Positions 12,179-24,868 of a DNA stretch of 64,000 nucleotides are shown piece by piece. Under the pieces are notes generated by a model. The model was not told where the DNA came from. It made no database searches and saw nothing but the letters and a program-made list of their open reading frames with translations. Origin of the DNA: Escherichia coli (GTDB taxonomy: Bacteria; Pseudomonadota; Gammaproteobacteria; Enterobacterales; Enterobacteriaceae). Made by a program: the position numbers and the translations under genes. Positions within the stretch are counted from its first letter, which is position 1, and every line of letters begins with the position of its first letter. The stretch lies in NCBI RefSeq assembly GCF_003334335.1, contig NZ_QOWQ01000001.1; one strand, 5' to 3'.

Positions 12179-13627
12179 TCACACTTCCTCTATAAATTCA
12201 GGTTCAGTTTGCGGGTAGAAATAACGGTACTGATAATGAATCTGTGCGCGGGCTTCTTCCGGGCTGTTAAATTCCCCTACGCCATACCAACCGAACAGCG
12301 CAGCTCCTGCGACGGTCGTTTCGGCGTCGTCGAGAACTTTTACCGGAATATCAAGCATATTGGCTTTAATCTGATTCCACAATGTGTTGCGACTTCCTCC
12401 ACCGACTAACAATAATTCAGAGGCCTTAAAGTGCCCGATTTTTTCCAGCATCTGTAGATTGCGCTGTAATTGCGCAGTTAACCCTTCCAGCGCCGCGCGA
12501 TAGAAATGCCCCCGCGTGGTATTAAGCGTCACTCCTTGCCAGCCAGCGTTCTGACACGACAATAAATCACACTGCATTTTTACGCCATCCGCGCCAGGCG
12601 CGATCAGACGAGCTTCTTCAATCAACATTTGCCAGGGTGTTTCAGCCGTCCAGAACAGTTTTCTCACCCATTCCAGCACGCCGGATGCCAGCCATTGCAT
12701 ACCTGGGTTATACAACCCTGCCTGGCTATCCAGTTCGCAGGTGGAACCGGCGTACTGACTTAACAGCGAAGTATCAACCTGGGCGCTGCGAACCATTAAA
12801 ATTTCCCATGTACCGGAAGAGAGCACGGGTTCATTTTGTTCAGCACCAGCGCCAAAAAGGGCGAACTGGGTATCGTGACCTGCGGAAATCACCGGTATGC
12901 CAACGGGTAAGCCGAGCATTGCTGCGGCGCTGTTCTGTAGCGTACCAATCTGTTCACCCGCTTCCACCAGACGAGGGAAGAGTCGGCGTGGAATACCGGT
13001 GGCTTGTAAAATTTGCGGACTGAAATCGCGTTGCTGGATATCCAGCATCTGGCTGGTTCCGGCCATCGTGATATCAGTAGTGAATTCGCCGGTTAAACGG
13101 TGGTTAATCAGCGACGAAATAAAGAGCCAGGCGTGCGCGCGTTCCAGCAGTTGTGGATGATTTTCTTTCAACCACACCAACTTATATAACGTATTGAAAC
13201 TAAAGGCTCCGACGCCAGAAATAGCCTGCAACCGCTGTGCGGAGATTAACCGTTCAATATTGTCCATAACCGCTGCTGTTCGCGGACATTTCCAGCTAAT
13301 AATCGGATAGAGCAGATTGCCTTGCTTATCTACCAGAGCGCCATCCACACCAAAGGTGGTGACGGCGATACCGCGGATGTGGCATTCAGTCAGTTCACTA
13401 TTGATTTGCCGACAGCAATCAGCAAAGCGTTGCAAAATGGCGTCTAAAGACCACTGGTGCCAGGTGTTGTTTTCCATCGCGATATCGCTGGCATTAGGCG
13501 TTGAGGCGCGGGCAACAATTTTGCCCTGCCGATTAACCGCGATGGCCCTGACATTGGTCGCGCCACAGTCGAGTACCAGGATAACTTCTTGTTTCATAAT
13601 CGCTCCTGCAATATAGCCGGATAACAT
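12179..13627 (-). CDS. fucK: L-fuculokinase (FGGY family)
   Basis: 482 aa, FGGY kinase motifs, position in fucPIKUR operon. Confidence 0.9.
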
Positions 13628-13705
13628 TGCTTATCCGGCTAACCACTCTTGCTTGTTCAGGCCCGGTAGCCGGAGCGACCGGGCATCACATCAGGGAGTA
13701 ATGTA

Positions 13706-15481
13706 TTAACGCTTGTACAACGGACCGTAGTTCTGGCAAGCGCGGTAATCCTGGCCTTCAATATCCATGCCGTGCGCAGCCCAGGCAGAAGGACGATACA
13801 CTTTGGTCTCTTCAACGTTGTGCATACATACCGGGATACGCAGCATGGAGGCGAGAGTGATAAAGTCTGCGCCAACGTGGCCGATGGTCAGAACCCCATG
13901 GTTAGCGCCCCAGTTCGCCATTACCGAGTACACATCCGTAAACGGCCCTTTACCGGTGAGGCGCGGTGCAAACCAGGTGGTTGGCCAGGTTGAGTTGGTG
14001 CGTTTGTTGAGGATGTCATGCACATCCTTCGGCAATTCCACGCTCCAGCCTTCCGCGATTTGCAGTACCGGTCCCAGGCCTTTGATGATGTTGACACGAG
14101 TCATGGTGAACGGGACGCCGCCTTCGGTAAGGAAGCGGGAAGAGTAACCGCCGCCACGGAAGTATTCGTGGATCGCCGGGCACCATTCGGTAGCGGCGAG
14201 GCAAGCGTCAGCCTCTTGCTGAGAGATTTCCCAGTGTGGCTTCATCGTCGGGTTACCTTCGCTGTCGCGTTGTTTACAGGAACCGTCCAGCGCAGCAGAA
14301 CCGGAGTTGATCAAATGGATGATGCCGTGTTCTGCCAGTCCATCCAGTTTATGCCCCGTTACACGCTCAATTGCTTCTGGTGACCAGTAGGTACGCACAT
14401 CGGCAAATACCTGAGCGGTGCCGGTGAGCTGGTGACCCATTAGCATTGCCACGCCGTTAAGACTGTCGTTTTCGGTCGCCACGACAAAGGGTTCGCGCAC
14501 GCCATTCCAGTCAAATGAACTGTTGAGGATCGCTTCGGCGGTGTCACCATTGGGATATTGATCGGTCCAGTGACGTTGCCCCTGGAAGCCCGCAGCGATG
14601 GCGTTGTAGCCAAGTGATTCTTCCACGCGACCAATATCGGCCAGTTTGCTGTTGCCTTGCATCATGTCGCGGATACACATCGCCATCAGTAAACTTTCGC
14701 GCAGAACTGCGCGGCTTTGCTCGGCATTACGTTGATACTGTTTGTTATTTTCATCTTCGCCATAGCGGAAGTTTTTATCAGCCCAGGCCAGTGCCATTTC
14801 CAATTCGGCTTCGTCGTAAATCTTCTGATCGATACGGCGACGCAGTTCGGTCATATCCACCGCCTGGACTTTCATTCCCAGCCAGGATTCAAAGAAGTTG
14901 TGATCAACAATGGAACCGGCGATACCCATCGAAACGCCGCCCAGCGACAGATAGCTTTTACCTTTCATGCTGGCGACGGCCAAACCGGCGCGGGCAAAGC
15001 GCAGCAGTTTTTCTTCAACATCGGCAGGAATCGATGTGTCATCGGCATCCTGAACGTCATGACCGTAAATGGAGAATGCTGGGATGCCTTTCTGGCTGTG
15101 AGCTGCCAGAGCCGCTGCCAGGTAAACAGCGCCGGGGCGTTCAGTGCCGTTAAAGCCCCAAATGGCCTTCGGGCGGGTTGGATCCATGTCGATGGTTTCA
15201 CTGCCATAGCACCAGCAAGGCGTTACCGTAATGGTGAGGCCTACATTCTGACTGCTGAATTTTTCTTCGCAAGCAGCGGCTTCAGCCATACCCGCGATAC
15301 AGGTATCGGAAATGACACACTCGACGGCAGCTCCGCAGGCATGGCGCAGTTTCTCGGTCAGCAGTGCGGCCGTAGCTTTCGCCATATTCATTGTTTGTTC
15401 TTCAAGCGACTCACGAACACCCATGCGACGACCGTCAATAACCGGGCGGATACCAATTTTCGGTAAGCTGATTTTTTTCAT
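13706..15481 (-). CDS. fucI: L-fucose isomerase
   Basis: 591 aa, [30 protein letters not shown]. Confidence 0.9.
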   Translation of the reverse strand: MKKISLPKIGIRPVIDGRRMGVRESLEEQTMNMAKATAALLTEKLRHACGAAVECVISDTCIAGMAEAAACEEKFSSQNVGLTITVTPCWCYGSETIDMDPTRPKAIWGFNGTERPGAVYLAAALAAHSQKGIPAFSIYGHDVQDADDTSIPADVEEKLLRFARAGLAVASMKGKSYLSLGGVSMGIAGSIVDHNFFESWLGMKVQAVDMTELRRRIDQKIYDEAELEMALAWADKNFRYGEDENNKQYQRNAEQSRAVLRESLLMAMCIRDMMQGNSKLADIGRVEESLGYNAIAAGFQGQRHWTDQYPNGDTAEAILNSSFDWNGVREPFVVATENDSLNGVAMLMGHQLTGTAQVFADVRTYWSPEAIERVTGHKLDGLAEHGIIHLINSGSAALDGSCKQRDSEGNPTMKPHWEISQQEADACLAATEWCPAIHEYFRGGGYSSRFLTEGGVPFTMTRVNIIKGLGPVLQIAEGWSVELPKDVHDILNKRTNSTWPTTWFAPRLTGKGPFTDVYSVMANWGANHGVLTIGHVGADFITLASMLRIPVCMHNVEETKVYRPSAWAAHGMDIEGQDYRACQNYGPLYKR

Positions 15482-15513
15482 TACAGATTCCTCACTTTAT
15501 TCGGAAAATATGT

Positions 15514-16830
15514 TCAGTTAGTTGCCGTTTGAGAACGGAAACGGGCAAAGATAAAGATGACCGCGAAGCAGAGTGCGGGGATCAGTTCAGCAGTGGGGAT
15601 GTTGCCCGCCGCGTCACTGACAAAACCCATGACCGGAGTGACAATACCGCCGCCAATAATGGTCATAACGATGAAGGACGAACCATATTTGGTGTCCTGG
15701 CCGAGATTCTTAATGCCCAGCGAGAAGATTGTTGGGTACTGAATCGACATAAAGGCGCTGCATAAAGTCAGGGCTATTAAGCCCACATGACCGCCAGCGA
15801 AGGCTGAGATCAGGCACAGTGCCATAGCGATTAATGCGTAGGCGGCCAGGACTTTGTGTGGTGCGAAGCGACTGATGAGCCAGGTACCGGTGAAACGACC
15901 AATAAAGAAGCACACCATGGTTCCGGTTAAATAGTTAGCGGCAAAGCCTGCAGTCATACCTGGAATTTCTTCTACAGCGTAGCGAATCAAATAGCTCCAG
16001 CAGGCCGTTTGTGCGCCGACATAGCAGAATTGCGCTAATACCGCCCAGCGCCAGTGGCGAATACGCGCCAGGCGAGAAAGCGATGCGGAGAACGATCCTT
16101 GTTTGGCGTCACTGTGATTATCACTCTGCAATGCCGGGAATTTCGTCAGCATGATCAGCAGGGCGACCAGTAACACGATAGCCACGATGATCATATAAGG
16201 TGTCTGTACCGATAATACCAGGCTGTGTTTATACGCACTCAATTGCTCTGGAGACATTTTATCGAGAACGTCTTGCGATTGATGTGGCACGTTAGACAAA
16301 ATAAGACTTTGCCCAAAGACAACCGCGATAATTGCGCCAAACGAGTTAAATGTTTGCGCAAGATTTAAGCGGAAGTGACCACTACTTTCCGGCCCTAATA
16401 CCGTAACAAAAGGGTTTGCGGCAGTTTCCAGACAACCTAATCCGGCTGCAATAATAAATAGGCCAACTAAAAATAAGGTGTAGTTCATTATTTCTGCGGC
16501 GGGCCAGAATAATGCAGCACCCAAGGCATATAAAAATAACCCGGTAATAATCCCTGCTTTATAACTGAGTTTTTTCATCAATATCCCAGCAGGGATTGGG
16601 ATAATGAAATAACCAAAGTAAAAGGCCGATTGGATCAGGCCAGCCTGGAAATTTGTCAGCGTAAAAGCCTGCTGGAATTGAGGTAATAAAATGTCGTTAA
16701 GGTTATTGGCTACCGCCCAAAGAAAAAACAGTGAGCACAGCAGCGCGAATGGAATAATGTAACTTCTGCTTTGCCCTGCATCTTTATCTACCGCACGGTA
16801 ACTCTGCGTTTGTATTGATGTGTTTCCCAT
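15514..16830 (-). CDS. fucP: L-fucose:H+ symporter (MFS)
   Basis: 438 aa, multi-TM, MGNTSIQTQSYRAVDKDAGQSRSYIIPFALLCSLFFLWAVANNLNDILLPQFQ. Confidence 0.9.
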   Translation of the reverse strand: MGNTSIQTQSYRAVDKDAGQSRSYIIPFALLCSLFFLWAVANNLNDILLPQFQQAFTLTNFQAGLIQSAFYFGYFIIPIPAGILMKKLSYKAGIITGLFLYALGAALFWPAAEIMNYTLFLVGLFIIAAGLGCLETAANPFVTVLGPESSGHFRLNLAQTFNSFGAIIAVVFGQSLILSNVPHQSQDVLDKMSPEQLSAYKHSLVLSVQTPYMIIVAIVLLVALLIMLTKFPALQSDNHSDAKQGSFSASLSRLARIRHWRWAVLAQFCYVGAQTACWSYLIRYAVEEIPGMTAGFAANYLTGTMVCFFIGRFTGTWLISRFAPHKVLAAYALIAMALCLISAFAGGHVGLIALTLCSAFMSIQYPTIFSLGIKNLGQDTKYGSSFIVMTIIGGGIVTPVMGFVSDAAGNIPTAELIPALCFAVIFIFARFRSQTATN

Positions 16831-17376
16831 AGCATCCTCTTAGGTTCAGAAGCTTAAGCACGTAATCGGTTATGTTTTCAAAAGTGCAAAACCAGCGAGT
16901 TCGGGCTTCATATCAGTGAATATTTGCCTGTCTGAAATGAACTCATGGATTCATTTTCAAATAAAAAACGCTCTGTAATATGACGGCGGTCACACTTATT
17001 AGCTAGAAGGTGACTTTATGTGACTACCATCACTTTAATAATCGAAATTTCATGCCCGTTTCAGAAAATAAATCATAAAAAACACAAATCAGATGACCGT
17101 ATTAATTGTTTGTGCCGAAAACGGTCATTCCGGGCTTGGAGGAATAGAAAAATGACCGTTTTGATAAATATTTTTAAGAGCGGTCATTTTTAATGGGGTT
17201 ATAAAAAGAGAACTTGCAGTTATTTACTGTGATTAGTTGAACCAGGTCACAAAATATAAGCTTGTGAATTTCTTTCTTGTTAATCAGGAAGAAGATGGTG
17301 GGTAATTAAACGGCTAATTCAATAGTGTGAAAGGAACAACATTATTGCCCTGTTTTGAATCAGAGAGAGGTAGCTA

Positions 17377-18024
17377 ATGGAACGAAATAAACTTGCTCGT
17401 CAGATTATTGACACTTGCCTGGAAATGACCCGCCTGGGACTGAACCAGGGGACAGCGGGGAACGTCAGTGTACGTTATCAGGATGGGATGCTGATTACGC
17501 CTACAGGCATTCCATATGAAAAACTGACGGAGTCGCATATTGTCTTTATTGATGGCAACGGTAAACATGAGGAAGGAAAGCTCCCCTCAAGCGAATGGCG
17601 TTTCCATATGGCAGCCTATCAAAGCAGACCGGATGCCAACGCGGTTGTTCACAATCATGCCGTTCATTGCACGGCAGTTTCCATTCTTAACCGATCGATC
17701 CCCGCTATTCACTACATGATTGCGGCGGCTGGCGGTAATTCTATTCCTTGCGCGCCTTATGCGACCTTTGGAACACGCGAACTTTCTGAACATGTTGCGC
17801 TGGCTCTCAAAAATCGTAAGGCAACTTTGTTACAACATCATGGGCTTATCGCTTGTGAGGTGAATCTGGAAAAAGCGTTATGGCTGGCGCATGAAGTTGA
17901 AGTGCTGGCGCAACTTTACCTGACGACCCTGGCGATTACGGACCCGGTGCCAGTGCTGAGCGATGAAGAGATTGCCGTAGTGCTGGAGAAATTCAAAACC
18001 TATGGGTTACGAATTGAAGAGTAA
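17377..18024 (+). CDS. fucA: L-fuculose-phosphate aldolase (class II)
   Basis: 215 aa, MERNKLARQIIDTCLEMTRLGLNQGTAGNVSVRY. Confidence 0.9.
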   Translation: MERNKLARQIIDTCLEMTRLGLNQGTAGNVSVRYQDGMLITPTGIPYEKLTESHIVFIDGNGKHEEGKLPSSEWRFHMAAYQSRPDANAVVHNHAVHCTAVSILNRSIPAIHYMIAAAGGNSIPCAPYATFGTRELSEHVALALKNRKATLLQHHGLIACEVNLEKALWLAHEVEVLAQLYLTTLAITDPVPVLSDEEIAVVLEKFKTYGLRIEE

Positions 18025-18048
18025 TTTCGTAAAGCAACAAGGAGAAGG

Positions 18049-19200
18049 ATGATGGCTAACAGAATGATTCTGAACGAAACGGCATGGTTTGGTCGGGGTG
18101 CTGTTGGGGCTTTAACCGATGAGGTGAAACGCCGTGGTTATCAGAAGGCGCTGATCGTCACCGATAAAACGCTGGTGCAATGCGGCGTGGTGGCGAAAGT
18201 GACCGATAAGATGGATGCTGCAGGGCTGGCATGGGCGATTTACGACGGCGTAGTGCCCAACCCAACAATTACTGTCGTCAAAGAAGGGCTCGGTGTATTC
18301 CAGAATAGCGGCGCGGATTACCTGATCGCTATTGGTGGTGGTTCTCCACAGGATACTTGTAAAGCGATTGGCATTATCAGCAACAACCCGGAGTTTGCCG
18401 ATGTGCGTAGCCTGGAAGGGCTTTCCCCGACCAATAAACCCAGTGTACCGATTCTGGCAATTCCTACCACAGCAGGTACTGCGGCAGAAGTGACCATTAA
18501 CTACGTGATCACTGACGAAGAGAAACGGCGCAAGTTTGTTTGCGTTGATCCGCATGATATCCCGCAGGTGGCGTTTATTGACGCTGACATGATGGATGGT
18601 ATGCCTCCAGCGCTGAAAGCTGCGACGGGTGTCGATGCGCTCACTCATGCTATTGAGGGGTATATTACCCGTGGCGCGTGGGCGCTAACCGATGCACTGC
18701 ACATTAAAGCGATTGAAATCATTGCTGGGGCGCTGCGAGGATCGGTTGCTGGTGATAAGGATGCCGGAGAAGAAATGGCGCTCGGGCAGTATGTTGCGGG
18801 TATGGGCTTCTCGAATGTTGGGTTAGGGTTGGTGCATGGTATGGCGCATCCACTGGGCGCGTTTTATAACACTCCACACGGTGTTGCGAACGCCATCCTG
18901 TTACCGCATGTCATGCGTTATAACGCTGACTTTACCGGTGAGAAGTACCGCGATATCGCGCGCGTTATGGGCGTGAAAGTGGAAGGTATGAGCCTGGAAG
19001 AGGCGCGTAATGCCGCTGTTGAAGCGGTGTTTGCTCTCAACCGTGATGTCGGTATTCCGCCACATTTGCGTGATGTTGGTGTACGCAAGGAAGACATTCC
19101 GGCACTGGCGCAGGCGGCACTGGATGATGTTTGTACCGGTGGCAACCCGCGTGAAGCAACGCTTGAGGATATTGTAGAGCTTTACCATACCGCCTGGTAA
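18049..19200 (+). CDS. fucO: L-1,2-propanediol oxidoreductase (iron-containing alcohol dehydrogenase)
   Basis: MMANRMILNETAWFGRGAVGAL; true start may be the second ATG at 18052; Fe-ADH motifs. Confidence 0.9.
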   Translation: MMANRMILNETAWFGRGAVGALTDEVKRRGYQKALIVTDKTLVQCGVVAKVTDKMDAAGLAWAIYDGVVPNPTITVVKEGLGVFQNSGADYLIAIGGGSPQDTCKAIGIISNNPEFADVRSLEGLSPTNKPSVPILAIPTTAGTAAEVTINYVITDEEKRRKFVCVDPHDIPQVAFIDADMMDGMPPALKAATGVDALTHAIEGYITRGAWALTDALHIKAIEIIAGALRGSVAGDKDAGEEMALGQYVAGMGFSNVGLGLVHGMAHPLGAFYNTPHGVANAILLPHVMRYNADFTGEKYRDIARVMGVKVEGMSLEEARNAAVEAVFALNRDVGIPPHLRDVGVRKEDIPALAQAALDDVCTGGNPREATLEDIVELYHTAW

Positions 19201-19218
19201 ATGCGCTGATGTGATAAT

Positions 19219-19248
19219 GCCGGATACGACGTTTGCGGCGTATCCGGC
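19219..19248. terminator. REP-like hairpin between convergent fucO and xni (possible bidirectional terminator)
   Basis: gccggatacg acgtttgcgg cgtatccggc: perfect 10-bp inverted repeat; no clear U-run. Confidence 0.4.
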
Positions 19249-19254
19249 TCGCCG

Positions 19255-20121
<867 letters not shown>

Positions 20122-21489
20122 TTAATCGCAGGCAACGATCTTCATTGCCAGGCCGCCGCGAGAGGTTTCGCGGTACTTGGCGTTCATATCTTTACCTGTT
20201 TCGTACATGGTTTCGATAACTTTATCGAGGCAGACGCGCGGCTCGCTGGTACGGCGCAGCGCCATACGTGCGGCGTTCACCGCTTTTACTGCCGCAATGG
20301 CGTTACGCTCGATGCATGGCACCTGTACCTGTCCGGCGACCGGGTCACACGTCAGACCGAGGTTGTGCTCCATGGCGATTTCCGCCGCGATGCACACCTG
20401 CGCCGGGCTTGCGCCTAATAGTTCTGCCAGACCAGCCGCCGCCATTGAGCACGCCACGCCAACTTCACCCTGGCAACCCACTTCAGCACCAGAAATCGAC
20501 GCGTTCATCTTATAAAGAGAACCAATGGCGCTGGCTACCAGCAGGTAACGAGCCAGTGAGTTAGCGTTCACTTCGCGGATAAACTTGTCGTAGTACGCCA
20601 GAACTGCCGGGATAATCCCGCACGCACCGTTAGTCGGCGCAGTCACCACGCGACCGCCAGCAGCGTTCTCTTCGTTCACTGCCAGTGCAAACATGTTGAT
20701 CCAGTCAACAACCGCCATCGGGTCAGTGGTGGTTTTATCCTGGCTGACCAGCATCCGGCGTAGTGCCGCAGCACGGCGTGGAACGCGCAGTTTGCCAGGC
20801 AACACGCCTTCGGTGGAAATACCGCGCTCAATACCGCCGCGCATGACTTCCCAGACGTTCGCCAGGTGCTGTTCCAGCTCTTCTTTGCTGTGCAGCGCCA
20901 GCTCGTTTTTCATCATCAGGCCAGAGAGTGACAGCCCGGTTTCCTGACAATGTTTTTGCAGATCGGCTGCTGAACTGTACGGATAAGGAACTTCAACCGG
21001 TGCGCTATCCTGCTGGCCAAAATGCTCTTCATCAACGATAAAGCCACCGCCAATAGAGTAGTAAGTCTGGCTGTAAACGACTTTATCGCCCGCCAGTGCG
21101 GTAATGCGCATACCGTTTTCATGCAGAGAAAGGTTGTCGGCGTGGAAGTTCATGCACTGATCAACCGGGAACTCCACTTCATGCTGACCGTTTGCCAGCA
21201 TCAGGCGACCATGAGTATTCACATCCTGAATAAAACTGGGGATGGAATCGATATCCACGGTATCCGGCAGGTTACCCGCCAGGCCCATAATAATGGCGAT
21301 ATCAGTGTGGTGGCCTTTACCGGTCAGAGAGAGCGAGCCGTACACGTCAACCACCACGCGGGTCACGTCTTTAAGCAGGTTACGGGCAATCAGATCGTCG
21401 GTAAATTGTTTACCCGCTTTCATTGGTCCAACGGTATGAGAACTGGAAGGGCCAATGCCGATTTTGAAAATATCGAATACGCTAATCAT
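20122..21489 (-). CDS. sdaB: L-serine dehydratase 2 (Fe-S)
   Basis: 455 aa, MISVFDIFKIGIGPSSSHTVGPMKAGKQF. Confidence 0.9.
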   Translation of the reverse strand: MISVFDIFKIGIGPSSSHTVGPMKAGKQFTDDLIARNLLKDVTRVVVDVYGSLSLTGKGHHTDIAIIMGLAGNLPDTVDIDSIPSFIQDVNTHGRLMLANGQHEVEFPVDQCMNFHADNLSLHENGMRITALAGDKVVYSQTYYSIGGGFIVDEEHFGQQDSAPVEVPYPYSSAADLQKHCQETGLSLSGLMMKNELALHSKEELEQHLANVWEVMRGGIERGISTEGVLPGKLRVPRRAAALRRMLVSQDKTTTDPMAVVDWINMFALAVNEENAAGGRVVTAPTNGACGIIPAVLAYYDKFIREVNANSLARYLLVASAIGSLYKMNASISGAEVGCQGEVGVACSMAAAGLAELLGASPAQVCIAAEIAMEHNLGLTCDPVAGQVQVPCIERNAIAAVKAVNAARMALRRTSEPRVCLDKVIETMYETGKDMNAKYRETSRGGLAMKIVACD

Positions 21490-21546
21490 AGGAAATACAT
21501 CGCGTTAAAACGGAGGAAGCGCCGCCCGAAAGCGGCGCGAAAGGAC

Positions 21547-22836
21547 TTAGCTGAACAGAGAGTAGAAGATTGCGGAGATTGCAATCAGACCCATCACGAC
21601 AACGAATACGTTGCTGATGTGACCGCTGTACTTACGCATTGCCGGTACTTTCTGAATTGCGTACATCGGCATCAGGAACAGGATCATCGCGATGATTGGA
21701 CCGCCCAGGGTTTCAATCATACCCAGGATGCTCGGGTTCAGGGTGGCAACAATCCAGGTCGTTACCAGCATGAACAGCGCAGTGATACGGTTCAGCTTGT
21801 TGATTTCGATAGACTTACCTTTACCACGCAGAGATTTAATCACCATACCGTTGAAGCCTTCACGTGCGCCCAGGTAGTGACCGAGGAAGGATTTGGTGAT
21901 AGCGATAATCGCGATAATCGGAGCCATCCACGCGATAACCGGTGCGTTAAAGTGGTTAGCCAGGTAAGACAGAATCGAGATGTTCTGCTCTTTAGCCGCA
22001 GCCAGGTCTGCCGGAGTCAGGCTCAGTACACAGCTGAAGACGAAGAACATTACGGTCAGCACCATCATGATGTGTGCGAATGCCAGGATCTTCGAGCATT
22101 TCTGTTCTGCCATATCGCCGTACTCTTCACGCTTCGCAACGGCGAAAGAAGAGATGATCGGAGAGTGGTTGAACGAGAACACCATTACCGGAATTGCCAG
22201 CCACAGGGTCATCCACAGACCGTTTCCGGTTGCAGATGCAGTGTCCAGAGACAGCGTTTCCAGTGCAGCGCCGTTCCACTGCGGGATCAGGTACAGAGCC
22301 AGCAGCATCAGTACGCCAACAAACGGGAATACCAGAATACTCATCGCTTTAACGATCATCTGCTCACCGAAGCGAACGATGGTCATCATACCCACGATCA
22401 GGATCAGCGACAGAATCGCACGCGGCGGTGGCGTCATACCCAGCTGGTGAGACATGAAGCTTTCAACGGTATTGGTGATTGCCACGCTATAAACCAGCAG
22501 GATCGGGTAGATAGCGAAGAAGTAGAGCAGGGTAATCAGTTTACCTGCGCCAATACCAAAGTGTTCTTCTACAACCTCGGTGATGTCTTCGCCCGGGTTT
22601 TTACCAGACAGTACGAAGCGAGTCAGGCCGCGGTGAGCAAAAAACGTCATCGGGAACGCAAGGATAGCCATGATGATCAGCGGGATCATACCGCCAACAC
22701 CGGCGTTGATTGGCAGGAACAGCACGCCCGCGCCGATTGCCGTGCCGTAAAGGCCCAGCATCCACATGGTGTCTGTCTTGCGCCAGGCACTACGAGAGTC
22801 TTTCGACGCAATCGTGCTGGTTTGAGTCGTTTCCAT
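21547..22836 (-). CDS. sdaC: Serine:H+ symporter (HAAAP family)
   Basis: 429 aa, [46 protein letters not shown]. Confidence 0.9.
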   Translation of the reverse strand: METTQTSTIASKDSRSAWRKTDTMWMLGLYGTAIGAGVLFLPINAGVGGMIPLIIMAILAFPMTFFAHRGLTRFVLSGKNPGEDITEVVEEHFGIGAGKLITLLYFFAIYPILLVYSVAITNTVESFMSHQLGMTPPPRAILSLILIVGMMTIVRFGEQMIVKAMSILVFPFVGVLMLLALYLIPQWNGAALETLSLDTASATGNGLWMTLWLAIPVMVFSFNHSPIISSFAVAKREEYGDMAEQKCSKILAFAHIMMVLTVMFFVFSCVLSLTPADLAAAKEQNISILSYLANHFNAPVIAWMAPIIAIIAITKSFLGHYLGAREGFNGMVIKSLRGKGKSIEINKLNRITALFMLVTTWIVATLNPSILGMIETLGGPIIAMILFLMPMYAIQKVPAMRKYSGHISNVFVVVMGLIAISAIFYSLFS

Positions 22837-23392
22837 CTATTTCTCCTGGAGGAATGCAAATAATTCAGCTTTTAGCCAGTTCAGCCCGGGAAGGTGCCTG
22901 ACCGTAAAAATGAAATCTGTCTATCGGCGATGGCTTAATCATTTACCGCCGTAATAATTTGAGGGCGGAAAGATACACACAAGTTATGTATCTATCAGTG
23001 ATCTTGATCTCAAATACAATAATCTACTTGGAAGATAGATTATCCCAACGCTTTACTCTGTAAATCAAAAGTAAAAGAGAATTTAAGGGCAATATTTGCC
23101 CATTAAACGACATCTGACTTCTTCCGGGGCGCGCAATATATGTAGGTTGAACTGAAAAAATCAATACTTTTAGTTAATCATGGTGATAATTTCTTTTTCA
23201 TAGCGATAAAATACGGTTTATGAAAATAGGGAAACGTTTGCGTTGCAACATAAATTGTATGACATATTAACTGTGATGATATTTGTCGCGTGAGGGTGGT
23301 AAGAAACATTCATATAACAAATGAAATGAGTTGATGAGTAAGTGACCAAAAACGAGAAAACCCGGCAACAAACGTCACCGGGGGAGCGGAGA

Positions 23393-24757
23393 TTACGTGC
23401 AGATTTCGTAGCAAGGGATGTAGGCTGAGCCTGGCAACTTCATACGATGCTGGGCAACAAAACCCTGTAGCAGGTCGTCCATACGACGCATAATCTCTTT
23501 ATCGCCGTTGATTTTGTAAGGACCAAACTCTTCAATGGCGCGAATACCGACTTCTTTTACGTTACCCGCCACAATACCGGAGAACGCACGGCGCAGGTCG
23601 GCAGCCAGCACTTCAACAGGTTGATCCGGGTAAAGCTTCAGATTAGCCATATTCTCGTGAGACGGCTCAAACGGCATTTGCAAATCTGGCGCAATGCGCA
23701 TTGACCAGTTAAAGCTGTAGGCATCGCCTGTATCACGGCGATTTTCTTTCACCAGCGGCATCGATTTTTTCATCTGACGAGCGACTTCAGCTGCGTCATC
23801 AATGATGATGCGGTAATGGCGGCGCGCGTTTTCACCCAGCGTATGCACGACAAACTCGTCCAGTACGCGGAAGTAGTCGGCGCTCTCTTTCGGGCCGGTG
23901 AGGATCAATGGTAAAACCTGATCTTTGTTGGCCGGGTTCATTAAAATTCCCAGCAAATAGAGCAACTCTTCTGCCGTACCCACACCGCCAGGGAAGATAA
24001 TGATACCGTGAGCGATACGGACAAACGCTTCCAGACGTTTTTCGATATCTGGCATGATGATCAATTCGTTGACCAGCGGGTTAGGCGGTTCAGCGGCGAT
24101 AATCGACGGCTCTGTCATACCAATAAAACGACTGTCTTTGTAACGCTGCTGCGCGTGTCCGACCGCAGCACCTTTCATCGGCGCTTCCATCGCTCCCGGA
24201 CCACAGCCGGTGCAGATATTCAGCTCACGCAGGCCCAGCTGGTTTCCGACGCGACGGGCATACAAATACTCGTTTTCGTTAATTGAGTGACCGCCCCAGC
24301 AGACCACCATATTTGGCGCTTCACCCACATGCAGCGCGCGAGCGTTACGCAAGATGGAAAAGACCAGGTTAGTGATGTGGACGGAGTTGTCGAGATTCAG
24401 GTTGGGAAAACGAACGGTGTTATGGATTTGCCCGTAAACGAAGAGAATGTCACGCAGGACCGCGAACAAGTTGGCCTGCAAAGCGCGAATAATTCGCCCA
24501 TCGACAAAAGCCTCTTCCGGGGGATTAATCAGTTCCAGCTTTACGCCGCGTTCACGGCGCAAGACGTTAATATCGAAATTTTCAAAACGAGACAGCAATT
24601 CTTTGCTGTTATCGGTCAAACTACCGGAGTTCAGTACGGCAAGTGAACAGTTGCGAAACAGTTGATAGAGGTCGCTGCTGGCGGTGCGTTTAAGCATATC
24701 CACTTCCAGCTGCGACAACATATCCATGGAGCCAAGCGGGCTAATATGTGTAATCAA
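23393..24757 (-). CDS. ppnN: Pyrimidine/purine nucleotide 5'-monophosphate nucleosidase (LOG-family, ppGpp-regulated)
   Basis: 454 aa, [41 protein letters not shown]; LOG-type motif [10 protein letters not shown]. Confidence 0.88.
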
Positions 24758-24868
24758 GAAAAACTCCTTATGGGACGAATATCGTCATTCCCTTTGATTA
24801 CAATAGCCCTGCCTGATGACCTTTCACAACCTTCTGCGTGAATCCAGCACGCAAAATTGAGAAAAAAT

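Noticed and set aside
13627-13705. Hairpin gccggataacattgcttatccggc between fucK and fucI as a possible regulatory element
   Set aside because: Resembles the generic REP-type palindromes seen elsewhere in the window (gccggat...atccggc) and sits between two cotranscribed genes; most likely an intra-operon REP or mRNA-stability hairpin, not a specific novel site.
14717-15466. 249-aa plus-strand ORF
   Set aside because: Antisense inside fucI, with further antisense frames nearby; fucI identity is certain.
21022-22863. 613-aa ORF on the plus strand
   Set aside because: Lies entirely antisense to sdaB and sdaC and spans their intergenic gap; product is low-complexity (H/R/D/Q-rich) with no recognisable domain. 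Typical antisense open frame of strongly codon-biased genes.
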